Source: a plasmid. Taken from it: a stretch of DNA of 64,000 bases. Under the pieces are notes generated by a model. The model ran no database searches, was not told the DNA's origin, and saw nothing but the letters and a program-made list of their open reading frames with translations. The stretch lies in NCBI RefSeq assembly GCF_054482525.1, contig NZ_JBTHVG010000004.1. One strand, given 5' to 3'. Shown here piece after piece: positions 48,140 to 57,334 of this stretch (position 1 is its first letter; the number at the start of each line of letters is the position of its first letter). Made by a program: the position numbers and the translations under genes.

Positions 48140-51100
48140 CAGAGATTGTATCCCTGTTTTCGGATGAGCTCCGAGGCCAGTTCTTCAATAACATTGTCAC
48201 TGTTATGTTGGCCCGCCCGGTGCTCAATTAATGACGTTGCAGAACCTCTGGGGAAGTTTTCGGCCAGAATCTTACGTGCCCGAACTGAACCTAACTTATT
48301 TGTCAGTGTTTTACGCAGGGCACTGTCTTTTGGCGATGAGTTCAGCGCCCATAGCTCCAGTGGACCGACGGTAAATTTGAGTATTCTCGCAAGCGTGCCA
48401 CTTTTTACCCTGAATACTCCCAGAACAGGAACACCACTACCATCTGGTGCCGGGCCTTCCGGCATTTTCAGGAAGCGTTTCAGCATAAATTCAGGCACGT
48501 TGAAGTTATCCCTCAGTACGGGGATATCTTCGGGTTTGTAGCGCAGTAACCAGAGAGTATTTGCTGACTTAAGAACGCTTTCCGGGTAGTCCCTCAGATA
48601 CTGCGTACTCAGAACCGTGCGGATAGCAAACTTGCGTTGCTCACGCTCCTGGGTATCCAGATTTTCCCAGATGAAGTCAATGCCCCGGGCGTTATGCAGT
48701 TCATCATAAACTTTTGTCTTAACCTCCTGATCAAGTTGGTTAATACGTTTAAGAGCGATTTCATGGTATTCCCGTGGAAGCTGCTTTAACACTTCATCCC
48801 TGTATTGTGGCAGGGTGAAGTCACCACCGGCGATCTGACCTGCAAGCAGGTACATGATGCCGGTTTTAAGCCTGCCTGCAGGCGTTTTGTCACCGGCAAC
48901 ATTATTCAGATCGACAGCGATGACCCGGGTTTCCGGGTTGATCATAAACCGGGTATACCCGGATATCATGGGGTAGTCGTTATGTCCCTGCTCGAGAGCG
49001 CGGCGGATGTAGTCCAGCAGAAGTTCGTTTGAACCATCACGCTGAACAGTACCGAAAACATCCCTGAGACTGGTATGGCCCAGCATCGAGGACACTTCGG
49101 GAAGCTGGGGCATTGCCTGATAATGTGCCCGCTGAGCCGCCATGATATACCCGGCATTGTGGAGCATATCCCGGACTTCGAACCAGGTTGATCTGGCCCA
49201 CCAGGCTGCATCATGTTTTTCATACAGTCCCGAGTCCTGCAGTGCTGAATCCACCAGTTCTTCCGTTGAGGCGCGATAAAGTCGCGGATTATTTTCACCG
49301 TACTCTTTAAAAGCCAGCTCGATAAGCTGGTTGATAATTTGTCGGGTGTCTCCGGGGTTACAGGGTTGACCGGTACCGGTATCGACACAGAGAGCACACA
49401 GCACAGATGACATGAAATTCTTTTCCGGCGTAATAGGCTTTTTAGCGCCGTACATCACGTCAAAAAGGTTACGGGTGTATTCCGGATCATTGCTCAGAAT
49501 AATACCGACAGCTTCGTCTTTTCTTTCCGGAGGAAGACTGTCGCGAATAAGCTGAACCAGTCCCTGAGCACTGTATCCCTTATCGATATAGGCAATGAAG
49601 GGCAGGTTTTTCTGAGCAGATGATATCTGTATTTCCGACAACGTATTAATCAGAACTGATTTACCCAGTCCCGGATCGCCTGGTGCCAGTTCTGTATGTT
49701 TATTTTGTTGGGATGACGCCAGACCAACCTCAAATGCGGAACCGTCTTCTGTATGTAACATCAGATTCCCTTTGCCTCGCCAGACAGAGCCTGCCCTGTT
49801 AAGCGGGAAAAGCGAGATGGCATGTGACAACGGGGGATACAGGGGAACCGGGCCGGAGCCTCCGGATGCCGCGAGAATGGTATTCACCCAGGCGCGTCGG
49901 GGATCGCCAAATGTTGTCGTGGTGCCACATACGCCCCAGCCTTCAATGGCCGATTTCAGAATGGCCTGGTTTCGTGTGCATATTTCACGTGTTTTTCCCC
50001 ACGTGGAGGCCATGATGGTCATTATGCAGACAGGTTCTTTTTCATCCGTTGCAGCCAGGGTCATAACGGATTCATACATTGGACGAACGGCAGAAATGAA
50101 GCTGCTGTAAGTCAGAAGCGTTTTCTTCAGATTAAGAGCCTTCATCCCGCCGGGCATCAGATCCATTCTGATGCGCCAGGGGACTGCGCGGGGGACGGCA
50201 CGGACCAGTTCGTTAAACGTCTGCAGATTTTGCGGAGGTAAAGTAATCGATACCATTCCGTGCCAGAGTCCGCCCGCCTGAACCAGGTTGCCCTGTGTGG
50301 TCACCTGAGTGTTGAATAACTGCAAATGCAATGAAGGAGCATGTAGTACGGATTCATCGTCAGTCCAGCGATATCCCGCTGGCTGGGCATCTTCAGGCAG
50401 GTGGGGTTGCCAGTTACGCGGTGTGCTGTGCCGTTCTGTCTGACGACGTATTTCACGCCCGACCTCGTGTATATCCAGTAGCCGGAGAATCAGGCCATCA
50501 GATGAATGTCTCAGTGCCTGTTCCACATTATCAAGAAAAGCTTCGTGGCGGATTTTCAGTGCAGATAAGGCCCACTGCCAGGGGGACTGGGCAAAGCGTG
50601 CTTTCGGTACCCGTTCAGCCAGTCTTCTGACAAGCTCATCATGGGCGGTGCGATCGCTGTTGCTGATAAGGTCGGGTCCACTCCAGATCGCCAGCCAGCA
50701 ACGCTCCCGGACCAGCCATGGGGACAGTGTTGTGACTTTCTCATCGACCACATCCTGTAACTGGATACCTGTATTAGCCAGTGAGCGCTTTTGTGGGGCG
50801 ACCATGTCTTCGATTTCTTCTTTCCCCATGTCAGGATCACGCTCAAAAACGAAGCTGATTTTATGACCGCTGTTTTTATATGCCGTATTCAGGCTGTCAC
50901 TCATGCTGGTGATCAGCGATTCCAGTGAACCTGGGCCAGTCTGGTCGGATGCTTCATCCATTTCCCTGAAAGCACCGCTGACTTCAAAGACAGAGAGATA
51001 TTCTCCACGCTTTGTGGCTGCAATATAGGGCGAATTCAGCCATGGGCGGCGTTCACGATCCTGTCTGTCCAGACCAATTACAGTACGTAAATCGCAATAT

Positions 51101-51276
51101 TCAACAAAACTGCTTGCGACAGAGAAACGGGATAGCGTGTTCAGACAGTCTTCGATAGTGAAGATTAAACGGTTTATGTTCATAGGTGAGGGAACTCCGG
51201 ACTTACAGGAGGGAGGTTTGTGCAGTTTGATTTTTTTAATGCCACCCCGCGCTGGAGTGGCATGAAGAAAAATCAA
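48139..51276 (-). CDS. traU: TraU, DotO/IcmB-like (VirB4-type) ATPase
   Basis: 1045 aa; Walker A GDPGLGKS. Confidence 0.85.
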   Translation of the reverse strand: MIFLHATPARGGIKKIKLHKPPSCKSGVPSPMNINRLIFTIEDCLNTLSRFSVASSFVEYCDLRTVIGLDRQDRERRPWLNSPYIAATKRGEYLSVFEVSGAFREMDEASDQTGPGSLESLITSMSDSLNTAYKNSGHKISFVFERDPDMGKEEIEDMVAPQKRSLANTGIQLQDVVDEKVTTLSPWLVRERCWLAIWSGPDLISNSDRTAHDELVRRLAERVPKARFAQSPWQWALSALKIRHEAFLDNVEQALRHSSDGLILRLLDIHEVGREIRRQTERHSTPRNWQPHLPEDAQPAGYRWTDDESVLHAPSLHLQLFNTQVTTQGNLVQAGGLWHGMVSITLPPQNLQTFNELVRAVPRAVPWRIRMDLMPGGMKALNLKKTLLTYSSFISAVRPMYESVMTLAATDEKEPVCIMTIMASTWGKTREICTRNQAILKSAIEGWGVCGTTTTFGDPRRAWVNTILAASGGSGPVPLYPPLSHAISLFPLNRAGSVWRGKGNLMLHTEDGSAFEVGLASSQQNKHTELAPGDPGLGKSVLINTLSEIQISSAQKNLPFIAYIDKGYSAQGLVQLIRDSLPPERKDEAVGIILSNDPEYTRNLFDVMYGAKKPITPEKNFMSSVLCALCVDTGTGQPCNPGDTRQIINQLIELAFKEYGENNPRLYRASTEELVDSALQDSGLYEKHDAAWWARSTWFEVRDMLHNAGYIMAAQRAHYQAMPQLPEVSSMLGHTSLRDVFGTVQRDGSNELLLDYIRRALEQGHNDYPMISGYTRFMINPETRVIAVDLNNVAGDKTPAGRLKTGIMYLLAGQIAGGDFTLPQYRDEVLKQLPREYHEIALKRINQLDQEVKTKVYDELHNARGIDFIWENLDTQEREQRKFAIRTVLSTQYLRDYPESVLKSANTLWLLRYKPEDIPVLRDNFNVPEFMLKRFLKMPEGPAPDGSGVPVLGVFRVKSGTLARILKFTVGPLELWALNSSPKDSALRKTLTNKLGSVRARKILAENFPRGSATSLIEHRAGQHNSDNVIEELASELIRKQGYNL

Positions 51277-52073
51277 TCAACGTATTCTTTTTTGATGAAT
51301 GAATCTGGTGTCAGAATCAGGGCAATCCCGTTCATTTTTTCACGCAGGGGCGAACGACCGGAAGGTGGATAGCGACGAAAAACGTCAGCGAAATCGGCCG
51401 GGCGGAAACTGCGGAATTTATCCTCAACCGCCAGTCTGTTTTGCATCAGTGCAGAGAGCGCTTCCCGTCCCCGCCGGACCCGGAACTTATCATTACTGAA
51501 AACTTCCTGTAATGAACGGCGGTTAAGGGCCACGACTGTGGATGGATGAAGGTCGGGTAGCCACACCATAACGCCCTGTGCTGCGGCATAACCATTCAGT
51601 GAATGCCAGGCGTGGCAGAAAGCACATAAGCTGTAAGGCGGGCCGTCTTCATGAAACAGTTCCTGCTCTTTCTCTGACAACGGCTCTGTACTGGTGATTT
51701 CAGCTTTCTGTACATGGCGGAGTGAAAGACGTCTGGCAGACAGACGGGCCTGCTCAAGCGCCCGTTCAGCGGCTTTTACTGCCGTGTTGTACTTTTCCTT
51801 TTCGCCGGTTGCGACTGGTTCACCACGCCTGATTAACTTAACCAGATGTTCTGTGGCCTTATTAAGACGAACTCGTGTGTCACTGATTGTGTCGGTAAGC
51901 TGTCTGAGTGGCCATGAGTCATCCAGTCTGAAACGGTGCCTGACGTTTTGCCGGCAGCAGATACATCGACCGGGCGTTGTTAATTCCGGTTCCGGTAACA
52001 GTGGCTCCTGTGTATGAACCACATCAATTTCTGGAAAGGGATACAACCACAAGTTTTTAATGCTGTGTTGCAT
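51273..52073 (-). CDS. traT: TraT
   Basis: 266 aa; overlaps traU start. Confidence 0.7.
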   Translation of the reverse strand: MQHSIKNLWLYPFPEIDVVHTQEPLLPEPELTTPGRCICCRQNVRHRFRLDDSWPLRQLTDTISDTRVRLNKATEHLVKLIRRGEPVATGEKEKYNTAVKAAERALEQARLSARRLSLRHVQKAEITSTEPLSEKEQELFHEDGPPYSLCAFCHAWHSLNGYAAAQGVMVWLPDLHPSTVVALNRRSLQEVFSNDKFRVRRGREALSALMQNRLAVEDKFRSFRPADFADVFRRYPPSGRSPLREKMNGIALILTPDSFIKKEYVD

Positions 52074-52245
52074 GAGCAGGCTCCGTACTGGTGTAACGTT
52101 TCACGGCTTCCAGAATGATGTTTGCGATTTCATCGGAACAGCATTCTGCAAAAATGAATTCCTGATCGTCCCGACTGTCGTGGGCAATCACATTGCCGTT
52201 TTCTGTTCGTCGTAACGTTATGTGCTCCGGGCTCCAGGCAGACAT
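52057..52245 (-). CDS. traS: TraS
   Basis: 62 aa; gene order. Confidence 0.5.
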   Translation of the reverse strand: MSAWSPEHITLRRTENGNVIAHDSRDDQEFIFAECCSDEIANIILEAVKRYTSTEPAHATQH

Positions 52246-52308
52246 ATGTGCCTCCTTGTATTGCCGAACAGGAAGGGCACCGGATAAATGCCAGTGCCCT
52301 GGACAAGA

Positions 52309-52713
52309 TTAGCCAATGGAAATTGAGGAAATCCCCAACTGTTTCTGGCTGCGACTCATCATTTCAGGTCCGGCGACAAGTACCGCCCCAATGACGATAG
52401 ATACAATGCAACTAGCCAGTCCCATCCCCCCTTGTTTCCCAACTTTTTTCAGGCCAATCAGGCCCCCGAGAAACAGAATTACGCCGATGAACTGCGCAAT
52501 AGTCAGTGATGATGACTGTGCTGTTTTGGCACCTTGTTCGACATTGCGAACCATATCGGCAAGATCTCCATCGGCAAGAACGGCTTTGGGCAGCAACATC
52601 ATGGGAATGAGCAGCAGGAACTTAGTCAGTTTGCTCCGGCATGACATTACAAACAGTTGTGCGTGGATAAATGCGGCGTACAGACGGGCCGCTACGACAC
52701 GAATACGTGACAT
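52309..52713 (-). CDS. traR: TraR (membrane)
   Basis: 134 aa; hydrophobic. Confidence 0.7.
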   Translation of the reverse strand: MSRIRVVAARLYAAFIHAQLFVMSCRSKLTKFLLLIPMMLLPKAVLADGDLADMVRNVEQGAKTAQSSSLTIAQFIGVILFLGGLIGLKKVGKQGGMGLASCIVSIVIGAVLVAGPEMMSRSQKQLGISSISIG

Positions 52714-52763
52714 AGTTTCTCCTTAAATGGATATATCAGTGGTTTATATGAAGGTGAAAAAAA

Positions 52764-53291
52764 TCAGAAGACGATTCCAATGCTTGCCAGCAGGGCATTG
52801 AGGACACGATCGATAAAGACCAGCAGGACGCCGGCAATAAATTTGACGTTTCCCTTACTGACGGATTCACTGGCACTCAGTGCGGTATGTCCATCGAGTC
52901 CGGCCTTGCGCCAGATGGATATCCCGTTCATTACAAATCCAACACCGGCCAGCTTGGCCAGCGACAGAACTGCATTTGCTGCGCCAGCAGCAGCGCCAAA
53001 CGTCTGAGGTTGTACATATGCAATCGGGCCAAATGAGTCAGCCCTGAATCCCATTTGTACGCCTCCGGCGTTAATCATTGCCGGGAGTGATACGAGCATG
53101 CAGCTGGTTAACATCCCCGCAATAAATTTTCCGGGAGACATTTTTACCGGACCGGCTGAACGGGCGCGGGCAAACAGGGTAATCATGCTGATCACCCCGA
53201 TGAATTCTCCCCAGGTAAACAGGAAATCCATTCCGGCACTGAAAATACTGCTGGCAAAGTTCTCAATGGCGGTCAGGGCATCCATGTTCAT
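52764..53291 (-). CDS. traQ: TraQ (membrane)
   Basis: 175 aa; hydrophobic. Confidence 0.7.
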   Translation of the reverse strand: MNMDALTAIENFASSIFSAGMDFLFTWGEFIGVISMITLFARARSAGPVKMSPGKFIAGMLTSCMLVSLPAMINAGGVQMGFRADSFGPIAYVQPQTFGAAAGAANAVLSLAKLAGVGFVMNGISIWRKAGLDGHTALSASESVSKGNVKFIAGVLLVFIDRVLNALLASIGIVF

Positions 53292-53995
53292 CAGCGTAAC
53301 GTCCCTGCACTGGTGATGATGGTCCGGGTAGTCGGATCAATCCGCTGGATCACCACATTGCCCAGCGTCTGACCTTCTCTGACAGCCCAGGTACTACCCT
53401 GCCAGCGAATCCAGGCCATACCAGTTTCCATCGACATGATTTTCATTCCGTTAAGTACAGACGACGTTTTTTTCTTTGCTGGATGCGGTGTGGAAGAGGA
53501 TTCAGTGACGCTTTTCTGTGTCATTATTCCGTTCAGGCGGCTCCGGATATCATCCAGCTGACGGCGTGTTTCCTGTGCGTATTCTTCATCCTTTTTTATA
53601 GCTTCGCCCAGCTTGTTAATGCTGTCGTGAAGCATATTCAGTGTTGCCTGAATTTTTTCATCGCGGTTATCCAGCTCTGTTTTTACATCCCGGGCAAGCT
53701 GGCTCATATCTTCTCCTGTCCGGACAGTCATAGTCTCAGTGGACTGAACGGAAGGTGATGATTCTTGTGTGGTTTGCCAGGTCTGTACGCCAGCATCCGC
53801 ATCATTAAACGGAGGCATGCCTGTTTCCGATGGCGCTCTCAGGAACAGATACCATATGGCTGCGAGCAACACGATTGCACATAGCCCCCATGTTGCTACA
53901 GATATCCCCCAGACGGAACGTTTCCAGAAGGGGGCGGGTTTCTCTTCGGGTTCACCGAAGCTGCCGGTTTCATCTATTTCTGTTTCAGGTTTCAT
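53291..53995 (-). CDS. traP: TraP
   Basis: 234 aa; TM segment then coiled-coil-like region. Confidence 0.7.
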   Translation of the reverse strand: MKPETEIDETGSFGEPEEKPAPFWKRSVWGISVATWGLCAIVLLAAIWYLFLRAPSETGMPPFNDADAGVQTWQTTQESSPSVQSTETMTVRTGEDMSQLARDVKTELDNRDEKIQATLNMLHDSINKLGEAIKKDEEYAQETRRQLDDIRSRLNGIMTQKSVTESSSTPHPAKKKTSSVLNGMKIMSMETGMAWIRWQGSTWAVREGQTLGNVVIQRIDPTTRTIITSAGTLR

Positions 53996-55284
53996 TATGG
54001 TGTCTCCGGTTGTTCATCATACCGACGTTGCATCACAGCTTTTCTTTGCTCCATGGCTGTCTGCATTCGTGCCTGCGAGCGTTGTTCCGCCTGTGATGTA
54101 CGATTAACTGAAGGGGAAATGCCACTGGAAAGGGAAGATGACCTGGCGTCGTTTGTCATTACCGGGTCAACAAACAGAATTGATACGACTTCATGCTGAT
54201 ACACTTCTACCTGTTTATAGGGCTCACTTTCTGCCTGGCGGGTTAATATCTGACTTCCTCTTTCCGCCATACCACCGGCAATAACGCCCGCAACAGCTTC
54301 ACCACTGGGCATTCCCACGCGTCCGGTAACCGTGCCATAGTTACCCTGAATAACCTGCGTGTTGGCATCTTTATAAAGTGTGCCAATACTGCCCACACCT
54401 CCTAACACTGACGGCAGAATGATATGTTTAAACCAGCGTGTATTCACATTGCTGGCCACGGATGACATCAGGTTGTCTTCCCGTTGAGCATATGCATTGA
54501 CCTTAAGGTCCATGCCGTTCCAGCTCATCCGGTCGAAATGGATCTCCACGCCGTTACCCACCAGTTTGACTCCCGGACTGAACAGCGTTGCCCCTGCCCA
54601 GGGGCCAGCGGGAATGGTTGCGATAACCTTGGATGACGGGTTATCAGAATCCACTGCAGTATCAATATATGCCGGTATACGGGTCAGAGCAGGTATCAGT
54701 TGTATCCCTTTTTCTGCTACAGGCGTGGACAGGCTGGCATTCTGTAATGCGAATTGCTGCGTACCATTCTGCCCTGTTGTTTCTGCCGGAGATTTATTCC
54801 ACATAGTCGTTGCTATGGTTGGTGTACTACCGGCAGGATGCTGATCTTTTATTCTTACAATCAGCTTTTGCAGCCGCTCCATACGTTTTTCACTGGCTGC
54901 TCGATCCTCCTGTGGTGTGCCGGAAGCCTGGCGATGAGCATAGTTTTCCGGTTTTGCTGCAGGCTGTTGTTGCTTTTCCGGAGTGTCCGGAATATCAAGC
55001 CCCTGTGGAAGACTGGCAATGAACGTCTGATTATTGCGGGCTGCAGCTGCGGCCCCTCGTTCATTATCCGCTCTTAACAGTTCACGATAGTGAGGCGTTT
55101 CGGTAACGCTGCGCGTTCCGCCGCTTGCTGCACTGTTAATGTTCACGGCTGACTGCATATCGCTGTTACTCCCTGATAGTTTGGAAAACGCGATATAGCC
55201 GCCGCCAAATAAGATGATGCTGCCCAGTCCAAGCAGGGCAGCCAGTTTCTTTCCGGATTTACCGGCATCCTGTTCAGCACTCAT
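53995..55284 (-). CDS. traO: TraO (DotG/IcmE-like channel component)
   Basis: 429 aa; N-terminal TM; Gln/Pro-rich linker. Confidence 0.8.
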   Translation of the reverse strand: MSAEQDAGKSGKKLAALLGLGSIILFGGGYIAFSKLSGSNSDMQSAVNINSAASGGTRSVTETPHYRELLRADNERGAAAAARNNQTFIASLPQGLDIPDTPEKQQQPAAKPENYAHRQASGTPQEDRAASEKRMERLQKLIVRIKDQHPAGSTPTIATTMWNKSPAETTGQNGTQQFALQNASLSTPVAEKGIQLIPALTRIPAYIDTAVDSDNPSSKVIATIPAGPWAGATLFSPGVKLVGNGVEIHFDRMSWNGMDLKVNAYAQREDNLMSSVASNVNTRWFKHIILPSVLGGVGSIGTLYKDANTQVIQGNYGTVTGRVGMPSGEAVAGVIAGGMAERGSQILTRQAESEPYKQVEVYQHEVVSILFVDPVMTNDARSSSLSSGISPSVNRTSQAEQRSQARMQTAMEQRKAVMQRRYDEQPETP

Positions 55285-55286
55285 GA

Positions 55287-56270
55287 TTACTCCAGTTCTG
55301 GTGTCACGTGAACGGACTGGCCATTCACAGAGAAAGTCAGTAGTGGGGTGACGGGAAGTTTCCAGAGATGAGTTCCGTCGGCAGAGGACAAGGTCTGTTC
55401 AAATTCATCGCGCAACATCGCCCGGGAACGAACCAGAAGGTCATCGCCGTGTTGCCAGATCGTTGTATCCGGGACATTACCTGTGAATTTCAGCCTCTTA
55501 ACTGAAGGGTCCCGGGGAGGAATACCATCCAGAAATGCCTGTAATGTTGCATCATGCAGGGCGATCTTATCCGTCGGGATGGAGACAACTGGGCTGGTTG
55601 GTCCCTGCCGTGGTATTCGCAGATCCAGACGACTGTCCATTTCCTGACTGGATGACGGCGTATCTGTTTCGCCACTGGTTACGTTCAGGATGACCGGTAC
55701 CGACAGACCTTTCAGGTAGACAGAAATATTTCCGGATGCCCATGGCCGCAATGGTGTGATTGTCACCATGTTCTCGTTGTACTGCACATCAAAGAGTTTT
55801 GGTGCCGCGTTATAAGGAGGATCGGATTGTGGCCATGGTGAACCGTTGATATCGGTAAATGTCACCACGCTCAGGTTGTTCATGGCTGTGCGAACAAGAG
55901 GAAGGCTGGCACCGGGGGACAGATTAACTGTCAGAGAGCTGATACGGGGTACAACACTGGTGATGGGCGCATTGATGGCCCGCTCGTTATCCGCCATGAG
56001 ACTGCGTAGTGAGCGAATCTCATCGGCGGAGAGCTCAGAATCAAGCCTTGCCGCATCCTGTACCAGCGGGCTGGCCTGCCCGGGGGCAGGCAGCTCACCT
56101 TTTACCAGTGTTGCCGGAACACCTCCGGTGTTTTGGGAGGTGTTCTGAACGTGATCGCTGGCAGAATTTGTCGTTTGTGGTGTGCGTGCGTTCTGCCATC
56201 CTGCGTTATCTGCAGACGTGGCGGCGCTGCACACCAGGAGCAGTGTGCTCAGTAAATAACGTGATTGCAT
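55287..56270 (-). CDS. traN: TraN (DotH/IcmK-like, secreted)
   Basis: 327 aa; signal peptide. Confidence 0.8.
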   Translation of the reverse strand: MQSRYLLSTLLLVCSAATSADNAGWQNARTPQTTNSASDHVQNTSQNTGGVPATLVKGELPAPGQASPLVQDAARLDSELSADEIRSLRSLMADNERAINAPITSVVPRISSLTVNLSPGASLPLVRTAMNNLSVVTFTDINGSPWPQSDPPYNAAPKLFDVQYNENMVTITPLRPWASGNISVYLKGLSVPVILNVTSGETDTPSSSQEMDSRLDLRIPRQGPTSPVVSIPTDKIALHDATLQAFLDGIPPRDPSVKRLKFTGNVPDTTIWQHGDDLLVRSRAMLRDEFEQTLSSADGTHLWKLPVTPLLTFSVNGQSVHVTPELE

Positions 56271-56280
56271 ATTACTTATC

Positions 56281-56973
56281 TCAGGAGTTCGGTCCGGCGT
56301 TACGGGAGATCATCTGCCGGATTTCCATACCGGATGGTTTCAGTCTGGGGTCAACACGCTGGATGGTGATTTCGAAAACAAAAGACTGTTCTGGCTTGCT
56401 GGTTGTCTGGCCGACCAGACGCATACGGACAGGATACTGGAATGTCCAGAACCATACGCCGTCGGACATTTGTCCCTGTCGTACCAGAACGCCAGCACCT
56501 GTCGTGGCGGTCAGATTCATCTTCTCTTTCTTGATCGTCTCCAGAATGTTAGATGCCTGTAATGCATTCACATATCCGACAAAACCTTCGTCAGAAAAAC
56601 GCGGAGACAGGGAGGAGATCTGTGAACGATAGTGCACAAAATCCAGGTTGAATGCGGTCGCCAGTGCCTGGCTGCCAAAGGCCATTGCATCATTCTGACT
56701 CCATGCTGGCTGACTTGTTGGTGCCAGCCTGACCAGACGACCATTGTCTGTAGCGAAATATTCGCGCTCCACATTCGTTGAGTGCCAGTACTGAATGGCG
56801 TTACCAGTAATACTGATAAGAAGACATGTGCCCGTACATAAAAGCGCTTTTATCAGCGCAGGGACATTATTTGCCCGCTGTTCTGACTGCTTCATAGCCC
56901 TGATTGTGCTCTTCAGTATTTCCGGGTCAGGTGCCGGATGTGATGGCGAGGATGGCTCGGTATTTTCGGTCAT
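56281..56973 (-). CDS. traM: TraM (DotI/IcmL-like)
   Basis: 230 aa; single TM. Confidence 0.75.
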   Translation of the reverse strand: MTENTEPSSPSHPAPDPEILKSTIRAMKQSEQRANNVPALIKALLCTGTCLLISITGNAIQYWHSTNVEREYFATDNGRLVRLAPTSQPAWSQNDAMAFGSQALATAFNLDFVHYRSQISSLSPRFSDEGFVGYVNALQASNILETIKKEKMNLTATTGAGVLVRQGQMSDGVWFWTFQYPVRMRLVGQTTSKPEQSFVFEITIQRVDPRLKPSGMEIRQMISRNAGPNS

Positions 56974-57317
56974 AGGTTGTAGTCCTTCCAGGGATCAATA
57001 TTCCCCGGCAGCTTTTCATTCACCTTGTCCACGACCGCGTCGCAGACCTGGTTTTCCAGCTGCGACAGAATGTCGTCAAGGCTGGGGAACTGGGGGAGGT
57101 TTATGCTGATTTTTTTGATTCGTGACAGACAGGACTGCAGGGATGAGGAAACATCGTTTTCACGTTGTGACCATGCATCCGCAGCTGCACGTGCTCGCTC
57201 ATATCCTGTATTACTACCGGCCTGTGCCGCGCTACCCGCACGACAGGTTGCAGCACTTGCCGTGGATGAAATCAGGATAAGGCCGAGCACGGCAACCAGA
57301 GACTTATGCATGTTCAT
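56970..57317 (-). CDS. traL: TraL
   Basis: 115 aa; signal peptide. Confidence 0.7.
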   Translation of the reverse strand: MNMHKSLVAVLGLILISSTASAATCRAGSAAQAGSNTGYERARAAADAWSQRENDVSSSLQSCLSRIKKISINLPQFPSLDDILSQLENQVCDAVVDKVNEKLPGNIDPWKDYNL

Positions 57318-57334
57318 ATGGCTTCCTTACCGGC